This document shows, piece after piece, positions 39,651 through 53,657 of a DNA stretch of 64,000 bases; within the stretch, counting starts at the first letter, position 1, and each line of letters begins with the position of its first letter. Source of the stretch: Squalus acanthias (lineage: Eukaryota); assembly GCA_030390025.1 (NCBI GenBank), contig CM059425.1, positions 162,070,001 through 162,134,000 of the forward strand, given 5' to 3'. Made by a program: the position numbers and the translations under genes. The notes below the pieces were generated by a model. It was given only the letters and a program-made list of their open reading frames with translations. It searched no databases and was not told the origin of the DNA.

Positions 39651-40214
39651 CAGCTAACTGCTACATGATACCTCTAACCTTAGTCCTTCCTCATCATCTC
39701 TTCCATTACTAAAGATACCTCTAAGAAGCTTGGTTCGTCTTTTGAACCAAATGGTTCATTTCCCCTCAACAGTTCTTTGGCCGGTAAATTCCTTACTTTA
39801 CCGCCGACCATTAATGGCTTAATTCTTTGAAAAATGGCGGCCGCCTCGCTTCCGGCGCCTGCCATTTTGGAGAGGTCGGTAGCGCTGCCATTGCCAGCGC
39901 TTGCCTCTCCAATGCAAATGTGTAGATCGTGACGTCAATCGGCGTGCAATGCCTGATTTGACGCATGACTGCGATTTTTAACATCGACGCACGCCATAAT
40001 GCCCTCTCCTAACCAGCAGTACTGCAGAGACGCGGTCAGCGCTTCTTAAAGGGACACACAAATCTTTCAGGTAAGTTTCGGTTACAGCTTTTGGACTGTT
40101 TCTTTTATATTTTATTGAAGTAGTGACTTAGTGCAATACATTTAAAAAGTTGTTAATGTGTGCAGCGAGTGCTGCTAGACACTTGCAAGGCTTTGGATGT
40201 TAAAGGAAGGCCTC

Positions 40215-40340
40215 GAAAAAGACAGAAAATGCTGGAAATACTCAGCAGGTCAGGGAGCACCTGTGGAGAGAGAAACAGAGTTAACGTTTCAGGTCGATGG
40301 TCATGAGTTAACTCTGTTTCACTCTCCACAGGTGCTCCAG
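40215..40340. mobile_element. Short Penelope-type inverted-repeat remnant
   Basis: ggagcacctgtggagagagaaacagagttaac pairs with gttaactctgtttcactctccacaggtgctcc; preceded by aaaatgctggaaatactcagcagg, a common shark Penelope-type end as I recall it. Confidence 0.6.
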
Positions 40341-41334
40341 AGACGCTACATTGGGTCTCCTGCTGAGCGCACAACCTGAAGCAGCATGTTGGTCACTCGG
40401 CTGTGAGCTCAAATCATTCAAATCAGCAGGCAGCACCAAAATAACGGTGCTGCCTGCGATCTTTTTAACGGGCGCAAGCAAATCTCACTCCGCGGTGGCA
40501 GCGCCCGTTTTCGGGCCTTATCGAATTTCTAGGCCTTTAACTTTCAATGAAGCCCAAGCCAATGAAACTTTAGAGTATTACTCCTATCTCTGGAGAAGCT
40601 CTTCTAACACCTCTCTCACAAGCCTCAATAGGCTCCAAGAAAAAGGTTGTCATCTGGGACTCAGTCACTCTCTTTCTGTTGTCTCTCTTTATTTCATCAT
40701 TACTACTATGATTGGCGTTCCTCTGAACTTTCCTCTTGTGGTTTCTAATCTCCCACATGCTCTTCCTTCTTTCTATGTTCTCACTGTGTTGAAGTCAAGA
40801 CTCATTGATATTCTGCTATTCCAATTCATTCTTTACCATCTGCCAAGACTCTGAAATTACTAGCATCACCCAATCTTTCCTTCCAAATATAATTCTCAAC
40901 CCTGCCATTTCCCAGAGCCGTTTCCTACATTACAACAATGACTTCAGTTCAAAAGTACTTCATTGGCAGTAAAGCACTTTGTGGCATCCTGAGGTCATGA
41001 AAGATGCTATATAAATGTAAGTCTTCCTTTCTTTTTATTCGTGCCCAGTTCCTGGAGATACTCTACTTCCCTCCAGCACCTCATGGAGCCATTCTTTAGC
41101 TCTTTCTCTCTTCCCACCCTTGTTCATGGAGGCACTCTTCTTCTCCCTTCCCCCCTAATTCACAAAGGTCACTTCTTCCCTGAATCTCCCCTCATTGCTA
41201 CTCCCAACTACTGCAAAGCAGCAATGAGAGGAGTAAATTAGCAGCATTAGGCAGGACAATTACTGAGTGCGAGGAGTGCGACTTTTACAAGTTCCATAAA
41301 AACATGCAGCTATGATTGTCCACTAACCTTGCTA

Positions 41335-41790
41335 ATTTTTTTTAAATTAGTTCATGGGATGTAGGCATCACTGGCAAGGCCAGCATTTATTGCCCATCCT
41401 TAATTGCCCTTGAGAAGATGGTGGTGAGCTGCCTTCTTGAACCACTGCAGTCCGTGTGGTGATGGTGCTCCCACAGTGCTGTTAGGGAGGGAGTTCCAGG
41501 ATTTTGACCAAGCGACGATAAAGGAACTGCAATATATTTCCAAGTCAGGATGGTGTGTGACTTGGAGGGGAACTTGGGGAGGTGATGGTGTTCTATACGC
41601 CTGCTGCCCTTATCCTTCTATGTGGTAGAGGTCGCAGGTTTGGGAGGTGCTGTCGAAGAAGACTTGGCGAGTTGCTGCAGTGCATCTTGTAGATGGTACA
41701 CACAGCAGCCACTGTGCGCCGGTGGTGGAGGGAGTGAATGTTTAAGGTGGTGGATGGGGTGCCAATCAAGCGGGCTGCTTTGTCCTGAAT
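41335..41790 (-). mobile_element. LINE family B 3' end
   Basis: Poly(T) and sequence homologous to 11004-11460 and 33278-33725. Confidence 0.85.
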
Positions 41791-41957
41791 GGACATCTAT
41801 GGAGGTCCATGCACATCTTGATGAATGCTGCCAGTGGAGTTCACCTGTCAATCTGTCAAGAAGCAAGCTTGAAGAGTTCAAGAAAGGATAATCCCTAAAT
41901 TATAATATTTTATTAAAAGCTAAACAAATTCGATTTTACAGTGTTTAAATTTACAAT

Positions 41958-42589
41958 GGCCCTGAATTTGCGGTTGGAGGCTTCCCACGAGGAAATGCCT
42001 CCGATCCGCAAATAAAATGCCCGGGTACCTGGTGGTCCGGGAGGTACAGAGACTCGCGGTCCTGGGCCTATCTGGGTACCCGCGGTAGAGGCCCATGTAT
42101 CCCAGGGGTGCATGCGGTTCGCAAGTATGTACGGAATCCCCATAAGCATGAATGGGAATACCCAAAAAAATACATGTACACATCAAATAAATAAAAATAA
42201 TTACATATTTAAAATTAATTACAATGCCTTTAATTAAATATTTAAAACAAAAATTAAATTTGTTGAAAAATAAATTTAAATGTTTTAAACAGGCTAAAAA
42301 TAACCTTACTTTATTGTATAGGTTTTTAATGTTTAAATGATTGAAAGAAAATTATTTTTATGTTCATTTAAACTTTTACGCTGGTAAAAGCAGGACTGCG
42401 CAAGAATTTCACGGGCATTCGCTGGGGAGAAGTTGGGCAAATAGCCCAACTCTCCGCCCACGAATGCCCTTTTCCTAGGAATTCGTTGGATCTGTCAAGA
42501 AGATTTGCGTGCAAAAACACAGAACTTACACAGCCCTTACGACGCGCACGCACCTCGTACTCACCTGTAGGGGCCACAAATTACGGGCC
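41958..42589. mobile_element. Harbinger-type MITE with AT-rich core
   Basis: TIRs ggccctgaatttg / caaattacgggcc; AAT TSD both sides. Confidence 0.82.
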
Positions 42590-43208
42590 AATACTGTAGC
42601 AGCTTCACGCCAGTACTAACTGAGGAACATTGTCATAAATATGTGAATTTTGTTCAAATGAGGATTTTTGTCAATTTAAAATAAAGTTCTGAGAGCAACG
42701 GGGTCCTTCTGACTGGAGATTAGCTTGGTTCACTAATTTAAATGCAATTGGCTGTAGAGTTGTAACTGCAAAGGCTTCTGAACAAGCTAATTTGTTGATC
42801 GTTGTGAATGTCTGGAAAGCTTGTGACAAAATATATGTTCCTGATGGGACATTGCTACTCATGTCTCGCTACCCACTTGCATATGTATTTAATTCATTTT
42901 GTTCTAAGCTGCCAATTCTGAAGTGAATGTGATACCATAGCATGAATTTATGTTTAATGCAGTATGCCGATTAATGCAAATAGGATCATTATTAATTCTC
43001 CAGGTCATGGAACTCTGCAAGAGCAGACATATTTTCCAGAACAATAGGGGACTAGGTTTGCTATGGGGAAATGCTGTCAGACCATTTAGAGTTGGGTGGT
43101 TCCACAAAAATTAGAAATCGTAACTATTGGTGGCAGTGCAGTGCAATATATTATTCGTTTATCAGACAGCCTGTTAAAAAGATTAAATTAGACCAACCAA
43201 AGCTAAAG

Positions 43209-43760
43209 TAGGGTGACCATATTTTCTAAACCAAATCTGGAGACACACAGGGTGGGAGCACAGCAAAGTAGCCAAGACGGAAAATGTAGGTTGTGCAGCG
43301 TAGCGAGGCAAATTTTTTTAGCAGCACGTATACACTACAAAGGCAAAACAAATGTGCATATAATTAAAGCGGATGCGACTACTGAAGCACATTCAGAAAC
43401 CGTTTATAAATAATACAATAACACTGTTCAATTCAATGACCTGAAACTGCGATTATGTCTAACGGTATGATATGCATATATTCCACTGAATATGGCTCCA
43501 GTCTATTCGGGGAGGAGTTCTGTGAACCGGGGACCAATGTTCCTTTTAAGCTGTGTGGCTGCGCAGTGCTCCAGGGATCCCGCGCAGCCGGCTTTTTAAA
43601 GCAAAAACCACGCATGCGCGGTATTTTGAAAGGCTTCGCAGCGCCAGAAAAAAATTAGAGGGAACATTCCCAGAGACTCTTCCGGGGACATTGTTTGCCC
43701 AGGGACCCAGTACCTCATCTGGGGACTGTCCCTGGAAAATGGGGACGTATCAGCACCCTA
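43209..43760. mobile_element. Non-autonomous hAT element (Blackjack-type TIR)
   Basis: tagggtgaccata / tatcagcacccta termini; exact 8-bp TSD AGCTAAAG. Confidence 0.88.
43535..43669. mobile_element. Small hAT MITE nested in the hAT element
   Basis: caatgttccttttaa / ttagagggaacattc termini; 8-bp TSD ccggggac / ccagagac (6 of 8 match). Confidence 0.7.
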
Positions 43761-45095
43761 AGCTAAAGAGCAATACTAAAAGCAGAATGCCAGAAAATAA
43801 GCCAGTTGTTTCTGAAAAAAAAATAAAAGAGCATTCCAACTTGATATGCACACAATCCCTGTGACTGGGATAGGAAGTTACCATGCCTTTTTGCATACAG
43901 GAAGGTACTGTAGGAATCATTGGCGTTCTCAGCATTTGGGCTATTATACAACACTGAGTCTGCTACCTATTCTTGCTAATCAAAGAAGCTTAGCTAGGGA
44001 AATCTCCTGATAAGAATAAAAATGTGGTTGAGCACATGCTTAACTTGAGGGATGAGATGTCTACTTTAACAGACCACACTCAGGATCATTTGGAGCACAA
44101 AAATTCGAGTACAGTACTGCTGTAATGCATGCATACAAAAGAATTGAATATTTCTACTACTGGTGAGACAACACAAATTACTGGTCTGCGAGGAAGATCC
44201 TTATACGATGGTGGATAAATGAAGTTATGTGACTTACGTGGTCGAAATACCTCCAATTCTTTGAAGTAAATATATATTTCCCTTACTTTTTACAGTCTCC
44301 CACAAATTCTTCAAACTACTTGTGTAAAATTTTAACTACACCATGGACCGACTGTCTGGTTTTGTGAAATTATACTACTTTCAAGTATTATTCCTATATT
44401 TTTCAGTAGTGTAAAGTTTTTACCCTCTACTAAATTACATAAAATAAAAAATAACTACAAGAGAAATAAGACTGTAAGCACTCCACAACGCCGCCCTCCA
44501 CCCCCCCCCCCCCCCACCCCGCCCCCAATCACCTCCCTGGGGATGTCCAGGAATTCCCAGGGCAGTGTAAAGGGGACCAATATCCTGCATCAGAGGCCTC
44601 TGCCCCTTTTTTCCTCATTGTGCCTGGGAACTTAGTGTCCCTAAGTATACTGGAGAGGTACATTAGTGCCTATAACTTCCATTCAAATATTTAGCACAAT
44701 TATTTTGAAGGTATTTTTACTGTAAGTTCCTTCAATCTGGATAAGTATCTAAATTTGGGAAAATTACTGTTTTGATCCTTATTTATTATAACTTAAGAAA
44801 GCATGGAACGAGAAAAGGCCATTCAGCCCATCAAGTTCTATATTTCTACAAATTATGTGGAATCATATCTTATCATGGATTCTAGTCCAGCTCTTTAATT
44901 TTCTGAGGGAAAGTTCTGAATCCATTCTCTCTTGATCCCAAATGTATTAATATTAGCCATTCACACAATTCAGACCTGGCTGACAGCCTTCAACAGATGA
45001 ACTGTGCAGTCTAAGCATCACATAAACCATTGCATCACGTGGAGTATGTGCTCATCCCAGTCTACATTTCCTTGTTTTATAACCGAAGGAACAGA

Positions 45096-46440
45096 GGCCT
45101 AGAGGTCTGATTGCCCAGAATCGGCCACGCAGGAGGTGGGTCGTGCACTGCACGCGCCTGTTACAACCGCCTCAGGTAGCACATATTATTCGTGCTGCCT
45201 GATCATTATCATGAGCCAGGTTTATAGCTAGTGTTACTGGTGTTACTCATTGGCTGACACCTGTAGTGGGGTCCAGAGTGAGTCTATGATGCCACTTAAA
45301 GGCAGCCAGCACCTCTTTAAGGAGAGGTACATTCTGGCTGCAGATACCAGGGAAACACTTTTGGAAGAGATATGGCTGAAGCAAGCGCTAAGAGAGCACC
45401 AAAGTTCTCATATGTTGCCTTGGAGGTCCTGGTGCAGGCAGTGGACAGAGTAGGGACTAGGATGCAGGAATCCCTCCAGGGCATCAACTCCATCATTCGC
45501 AAGAGATTGCAGAGTATGTGAATGCCAGGGGCCTAGGACATAGCTGTAATGTCGGAAAAAATTCAATGATCTCACTAGAGTTTTTAAGGTAAGAATACTG
45601 CTCTCTTACTCTCTGGTCACTAGTGCACCAGCTACTGCCTCGCTAATCACAAGACCAACAGCACTCATAAGACTCCCTTCACTCTTGTAAAGTCACTGCA
45701 CCACATGCTCACACATTCACCACTATTACAATCCTCACTTACTCACAACTCACATTTTACACACAGACCATCAGCTATACTACCATGACAGGCACATTCT
45801 CCAAACACCTCACAAGACTCTCAGTAACAAAATCCCTTATTTCTTGCAGAAGGTTGCACACAACTCAAGACAGGAGGCTGGCACCAGAGGAGGAAGCAAC
45901 CAACTGCACGCCTTCATCCCCCTCAAAGAAAGCTTGTCTGCTATCGTGGGCAGGGGCAGAGTCGAGGCTGCAGTGACTGGCAATGCTGAAGATGTCATGT
46001 CGTGTAGGGTATCTTCATATCCAATCCTCTTTGTCCTTAGCTCACACTGCTGCCTTGCAATCTAAGCTAGCTGCCATCTTGGCTCTAAGGGCCAATGTCG
46101 ATAGGCGCATCCAAAGTGTCATGGTAGTCCTGCACTCTGTTCTCATGCAGCGCCATGAGTGGTGCTGATGTTCTGCTTATGGCCCTCCTGTTGAAATTTA
46201 AAGAGCCTGCAGAAATGGGGCAGAATACTGGCATTACCAGGTTCCACCCCAAATTCTGTGCAGAAGTCAAGCTTTCTGCCCTCTCCAGCTGTTAGGAATG
46301 CTAGTAGGAAAGGTTGTATTATAGAATCCATTTTATATTAAAGACTCTATTATGTAACAGACAGCTTTTCCGCAATCTGCTGGCAACAGAATTCTGGAAA
46401 ATGTCCAAAATTCCGCTCAGACATTCAAGGCCTCTATGGC
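45096..46440 (+). mobile_element. Old Harbinger remnant with Myb exons
   Basis: agagcaccaaagttc...ttggaggtcctggtgcagg, CRKKFNDLTRVFK|gtaag and cttgcag acceptor parallel the 23635-24317 structure. Confidence 0.6.
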
Positions 46441-49400
46441 TGGTACAGCTAGAGTCGTAAGGATAGTTGTGTCTTCTCTGCACAGCGTCAACGTCCTTGT
46501 AGATAAGCTTAACTGTATTACAGTCTTATGGCCACCATGCGCACAGGTGAGTACGGCCATGAAACTTTCATCCACTGATGTAAGTTAGTATAAACCAAGA
46601 GTAAAGGTCACGGACTGCACATAATGTAATGGCATTTCAGCAGCAAGATATAAAAGCGAGATTATTGTGAGAAGTTAGGGAATAATCACCGTCACTCAGC
46701 TCAGCAACTGTAATGTGAGGTTTCCCGCAACTTTCACATTGGCGTGTGTGTTGTCTCCAAGTATAATTTCCTCTTAATAAATCTATAAGCAAAGACTCTG
46801 GCCTAGAAATTCGATAAAGCTCGAAAACGGGCAGTGCCACCGCGAACTAAGGTTAATTACCGCCCGTAAAAAGAGCACAGGCAGCATCGTTATTTTGGTG
46901 CGGTCTACTGATTTAAATGAGCGCAGCGCAGAAGCTCCCATGCAATGCGCTCTTTCAGGCGGTAAGATCAGCAGGAGGCTGAAGGTCGGGTCTAATCCAT
47001 CTGTGCAGCATTCTCAGGAAATTGCAATTTATTAAAGTGAAGATAAATCAAAGCCTAAAAATACACTAATGTCATATTTTAAAAGAATGCAACCAATATT
47101 TCCGATTCTACTCCCTAGAATACAAATAAAAACAACCTATTCTTTTAATACGCATACATAGTGAATAAGCTTTGTTATTATAGAGCCTTTTCACTGTAAG
47201 TCTTTTTAGGAGTATATCTCTCTAGAAAATAACCGGTTAAGCATTTTGAAAAGGTAATGGTGTACTGGAATTGGGAGATTTGTTTGCAATACTGGAAGTC
47301 AGAGCCGGCATAGGTGATCCATGATTCCTCCCTGAAGAGACCAAGAGATGTGAAAAGTTTACTGGATACCCTGAACATCTGAATATAGATACGAGTAAAT
47401 GCAGAAGTACAAATTCCTTCAGAAACAGGAAAAAGTCGTTAGGTCTCCTTTAATTGAAAATCTAATAAGCACACACCTGTTACTTCAGAGGAACAGGATG
47501 GATATTTAACACAGGCATTTGTAACAATAACAGTAAACATTTACAAAGCCCAAATATCATTTAATTTCCAGTTTACTGACATAACTGCAAGCGCTTATTA
47601 GTAAGATTTGAAAATCTGGTGTACAACTGTACATTTTGCATTACACAACTCACCGACAGTAATGGATCAGGCCTTTAGATGCAGTACAAGTATCCCAGAA
47701 TATTTGTAACCATATGCTGTTCTGTACACATTACGTATCAGAACTCACTAATCTGCTCCGGTTGAATGCTGTCTTGTAATGTGTATAGAACAGGCATTCA
47801 ATCTGCAGATGTGTTTCTGCAGCAATGACCATGAGCCATTTCACTGGACTGGAGATACTATGCATAGATATTGAAGACTTTGGTGGAGATCTATAGATCT
47901 CTGCCGCTTTCTCCCAGGTCTATGCGCTGGCAACGGCTGCACGCACAGGCATACTTTGGAGAGAGCGGTAAAGGAGCGGCAATGCCCAAAATCACTCAGC
48001 GTGCGTCAATTTGGCGTTGCACGCCAATTAACGTCACGCTCTTGATCATTAAAACATTTGAGGTGAGCGCAGGCAACGGCAGCACTGCCAACCTGCCCAA
48101 TATGGCGGCCACATTCCACGCCGGAGGTGAGACAGCTGCCATTTTTTTCTTCAAAACTGGCCTTAACGCTAAAGGTTCCAATTTCATGGACTCTGTGTTT
48201 AGAATTCTCAATCCTGGCACAGAGACAACAGCTCCAAGTTTGTCTCTAGTAGTATTAATCAACAGAAGACCCAGGAATTTCAGTATCCCTATTTATTATG
48301 GACTTTATATTATTCATTATGACTACAATATTTCATTTTGCATCAACACTGCAGTTAAAATGTAAATGCAGTCAGGAGCAGACCTGACACCAGAACAAAG
48401 CAGAGCGAGTATCCCTGGAGGAAGGAGTGTAACTCTGTTTCACTTTAGAGTCAGTTCGGGTCTTAAGATCCAACTTACACTACACAAAACAGCTTCACAC
48501 TAATACTAAACTTATAGAGAATGATTTTTCTGACCTTCGCCCCAGGAAACTCTCATTTTCTGAGTTCAATGGTCAGGAGAACGGGGAACGGAGACCTGGT
48601 GAAACAGGTCTACTCTCCCTTTATGTCACCCTACGATTTCTGAGGCTTCCCTAGGTGGAACAGGGTTGAATCTGCGTCTGCAATAGATGCAGGCCCATCA
48701 TAGTCATGTAAGTGAAAGAGGTGGGGCTTCTCCAGCCTCATTTTCCTTCTCGTCAGCCTCTTGGGTGCCCAATTAGGGGAGCACCCAATGAAACAAGGCA
48801 TTAGGACTAATATCAGGACCAATGCCAACCAGAGGGTCTGCGGGGCCCTGGGAGCAGCCCATAGGCTGAACAGGAAAGTGCTATTTAACATATTTCCCTA
48901 CCACAGCATTAATCTTAAAACCTCAGTGTGCTACTTTCCAGCAGCTGCCAGAAGACCCTGACACCGGTGGCTAGAAATGTAATACAGCTGCATTCTAATT
49001 CTCCACCACCGCCCCCTCCCCTCCACTCCACCCCCCCCCAACTCCCCATCTAGCCAGCGCTAAGCCCTGCCAGAGGCAGATCTGTGCCAATGATCCCTCG
49101 AGCCATATTAATGGCCCAGGACAAGTAGCAGCCTTACTGGCTTTGAGAGGCAGAGTGTATTTCAGGTGCTTATGCCTGTCTAGCAGCAAGGCGAACGGGA
49201 TAGGAAAATGGGCCCAGTAGTCTAAATTCACTACAAAATGCAATCTGAAGAGAGACAAGGCAAAGAATACATTTTTTTTATTGCAATGAATAATTTGATT
49301 TTACACATTGATTAAAAATTTAATGAAAATGTATGTAGTAGTATATAACCTTTAATCAGCACAAACATTTATGCATTTATTCTTCTGCAATTGTTCTTGT

Positions 49401-51764
49401 GTTTTAAAATCTGCTAAATTGGTTCAATACAAAGCATGCGTCAAGATTTAAAAGGTGAACATACAGTAATTTTTCAACTTAGATAGTTGATTGTGTTGTA
49501 AAGTTTTATTTAAATGAACTATTTACAATTTATTTACTGATATTACATATTGGTACTTGAGAGGATTTGGGAGGAATCCTCAATGGATATCCCCTGCCAC
49601 AAAGCCCCAGATGTTGTTTGAACATTCCCATTATGATGGTCTTAAGTTGGATCTATGGAAGTATATGTGATGAAAATCTGCCAGGCTAAGGAATAGGACT
49701 GGAGAATTCTTGCCAATACGTGCAATGCATCAGCCCTGATAAAATACAGGCCAAAAATCCATTGGAAAGGGCACATCCTGGCATAAGTGCAGAGATGAAT
49801 CCTCCCAGGTCCTCTGTGACTGACCTTATTTGAGGGTTCAGCAGGTGGTCCCTTACTTTGGAATGGCAATGGCAGGCACATGCACCACTACAGGCATGTC
49901 ACAAGCACCCACCTGCCAAAGAGACCACAAAATGCAGTGAACAATGGAGGATGGGGTGTTGGGGCCTCTTCCGGAAGGTATGGAAGATTTCCCCTAGAAA
50001 CCCCTCCCACCCATGTGGCCGTATTTAAATAATTTTCTGTTGGCATCTAAGCCAGAATCACTGCCTAGGGTCTGCTACCGCCATTTGGCAACCTGGTACA
50101 TCATCACTGAGTCCCTCAGAGATGGGGGTGCAGGAACTCTAGGCATGTGGAGTCCACGCCCCCATCCCTATTCCCTCCTACACTGCTGGCCTTAAGGGAG
50201 TAATTCCACCCCTTCCAAAGCTCACAGATTCTCCAATGTCAGGCCGGATCCCAAGTCCTGGCCTAATATCCCGCCCTTCTGGAGTTATGGTGGGAGTGCA
50301 CCAGAACGGCCACAGATTTTCAGCCCTGATATTTTGTGTCAACCAGATTCTGCAAAATTTATGCCCCTACATATATGAGTGAACCCATGTTGTACAATAT
50401 CCACAAGTGCATCTAATCTCTCCCATAAAACTAAGTTACAACATCCTGCATGCTCTGGGACTCTAATGGGCCAAAAGAGACAGCATCTGTGACCTCTAGA
50501 AGATATGTTACCCTTGCCTCTATTGCCCAGTGAAGCATATATGCAGATTATAAATTGCCTCCCACTGTCTGAATATACTTCGTGGTACATCTTTTGCTTT
50601 CATATGCCTTCAGCCGCACTAGGTACTTCATCTGGGACAGATATCACTTCCCCATGATCACATTCTTGTTCTGAACCTGCCAATAAAGAGACGTGGACGA
50701 ATCAGTTGTGCAGGTCAAAGGACAAGGATTTCTTTAATTTGCATATGACTATATGTAGATAGAATGACGAGGTAAAATAACACATTGTAAACTATATGAA
50801 CAGTAATGAAGTTTGAAATGAGTTCATGAACATTTTAATTCTAGCAGATTTCCTGTATTATAGCTCGCACTAAGTTAGATATACTTTTTATAATGACAGC
50901 AGTGTTATACTTCGTGACATGCCACACATTATTCTGCTGCTAAAGTGGAGCTTTGTTTAATATGATTTGTCCCTTTAAGGTCACAGCATCTAATTGCTGT
51001 TAATTGGCACATTCTGAACACAATAATAGATAATTGCTTCTTTTAGAAACTTTATCTTGAGATGCTACTTGTTCATTGTTGGGTTCCCTGGGGTTGATTT
51101 TAACACCCAGCGAATTTCGGGTAAGCAGGGAAACAGGGCGAATACAAAACGCACTTGCAGGCCTACGTTTGACGCCCAGGGTATTTTAACTCCCAAGCTT
51201 CATCGACATGCCGCTAGTTAGCTGTCCCTCTGAAACTGAGGGAAAGCAGCAGCTGGCTGGTGGGTGAGAGTGGAGGTTTAAGCAGCTGGAGGGCACCAGC
51301 CAGTACCAAAGGAATGCTCACTGGCAAGTCGCAAGGACAGGGTTTCTCCTGCTCCTTCTAGCCCGAAGAAGGAAAGATTAGCACTTACTTTGGAGGACCA
51401 TTTTGTCCTCCCGACAGCTGCCAATCTGCCTTCACTTGGGAGGAAAGCCATGGCAGCTTTCCTGCTCTGGGTTAAAATGCAATCGGGGTCCCGTTGACAT
51501 AATGGGACCACAATTTGCGAAAATTTCTGAGGCTCCTGTCTGCTTCCGGTGGTCACCTCAGCCACTTAACTACAGTAAGCAGTTAAAATGGTGGCCAGTG
51601 GGATTAGTGAAGTTAAAGCTAAACACTCCATTTTAAAGACCCATTCCCACCGGACGGGGTGGGTTACAATTCCCCACCCCATCTGTTGCGTTGTGATTTC
51701 TTGTTTTACGAAGATGATCTTTGAGTCAGTCAGTGCAAGTATGAGATAGACCTTTCTCAAAATA

Positions 51765-52335
51765 TCATCCTATGTCCAACCTCTCTTTCCTCTCCAAAAT
51801 CCTTAAACATGTTGTTGCCTCCCAGATTTATGATCATCTTTCCCGCACCTCACTGCTTGAATCCCTCCAATCAGGTTTCTGTCCCTCCCATAGCACCGAA
51901 ATGGACCTAACCAATCACCAACGATATTTTCTGTCACTGTGACCCTGTCCATTATACCGCTTAATCCTTTCTGATGCCTGTGACACATCTGATCACACCA
52001 TCCTCCTCCAACATCTGCCCTCCGTTGTCCAGTGAAACTGTCCTTGCTTGATTACACTCTTACTTATCCGAATGTAGCCACAGCATCTCTACCAATAGCT
52101 TTCTTCCCACTCTTACATAGTCACCTCCGGAGTTCCCCAAAGATCTATCCTTAGCCCCCTCCTTTATCTCATCTACATGTTGCCCCTTGGCAGTATCATC
52201 CACAGACATGGGGATAGCTTCCACATGTGCACTAATGACACCCAGGTATACCTCTCCATCAACTCTCTCGACCCCTCCACTGCCTCTGCGCTGTCACACT
52301 GCTTGTCTGATATCCAGTCTTGGATGATCTGCAAT
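51765..52335 (+). mobile_element. Decayed L2 RT fragment
   Basis: Homologous to 22190-22760 (ccctccaatcaggtttc, ggagttccccaaagatctatcctt, gacacccag). Confidence 0.75.
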
Positions 52336-53077
52336 TTATACAACACATTTTGTGCAATATGCAACTGTAATAGCCGAGATTGCAATATCTAAAGTATTAG
52401 AGGTAGATTCATAAAATAATGTAACACTTACCATAATCAGTAGCACCGGATGATAGATCAGGTCCAAGTTCCATAAATTGGAAGAATTGAACCATCCTCT
52501 GTTCTATTCCGCCAAGTTTTCTTCTTGGCTATGTATGCTTTTGACTGTGTCTTGTTCAGTGAGTCTTTTGTTGAGCTTGATGTTTGTGTCTGGTCTTGAT
52601 AAATTTACCAGTAGTCTTCAGGTAGTATTGCAACACTTTTTGGCTCAATGCACAAATATCTTCAATGGCTTGCAGTTGTAGATATGCAACACTTTATTCC
52701 TAGAAACAAATCTTTAATTTTGATAACTGAAAAGCGTACTACTGAAGCCATAGGTATCTGTACTAATCACCTTCTTTGGTTCTTTGCTATCTATATGCTG
52801 TGAAAAGAGCTTTTGCTTGATAAAGAGCCCTATCAAAAACACTAATTTACCATTCGCTTCAGGTGCTGACTTCCTGTAAGTTTTAATTTTAGATTTCCAA
52901 CATTTGAATTTTTTCTTTTCATCTCCAACATTCAAACTCCGTAACCTGACTGTTTCAACCGAGGCTAGCAAATTCAAGTGACTGACGATAATGGAACTTA
53001 AACTCATGAACATCTAGTTGGGGATCAGAAACTCCCAACCCGAAAACAGGTTGCCTCTGGGTGATGTACAGGAAACT

Positions 53078-53370
53078 TTTTGGTTTTTTTAGTCCAAAAA
53101 TGTGCGGGTTAGGTTGATTTGGCTATGATAAATTGACCCTTAGTGTTAGGGGGGGGATTAAATATGTGGGGTTATGGGGATAGGATGGGATATGTTAAGG
53201 GGAATTAAATACGTGGGGTTATGGGGGTAGGGTGGGATATGTGTACTGTGGGGATTAAAGCAGGGATAGGGTACTGGATTTGGATGATCAGCCATGATCG
53301 TATTGAATGGTGGAGCAGGCTCGACGGGCCGAATGGCCTACTCCTGCTCCTAGATTCTATGTTTCTATGT
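53078..53370 (+). mobile_element. 5'-truncated HE1-like V-SINE with CR1-type tail, inserted in the Tigger TIR
   Basis: agtccaaaaatgtgcgggttaggttgattt...taaattgaccctt core; gggccgaatggcctactcctgctcc and ttctatgt repeat tail. Confidence 0.75.
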
Positions 53371-53657
53371 ATCCGGCACCGACGGGACCGGGGTGGTGCC
53401 TGTTGAATAAAAATTCTGGATGACGGAGAGGGTTATCTACCGAGGCTATTTTTAACAAACAAAAATAAAAAAATCAAGAAATGTGCAGTATACAGTAATT
53501 GGGTACTCACCTACAGAATGTTGTGTTAAATGGATGGTGGAAGATGCTTGATTAAGTACAGTACTGCCAGTTGAGGGTAATCCATAACTCTTTAATTACT
53601 TAACAGTAAAAAAAAACTTATAAACGACTGTATACAGTACTGTAGTTGACTGTACAC

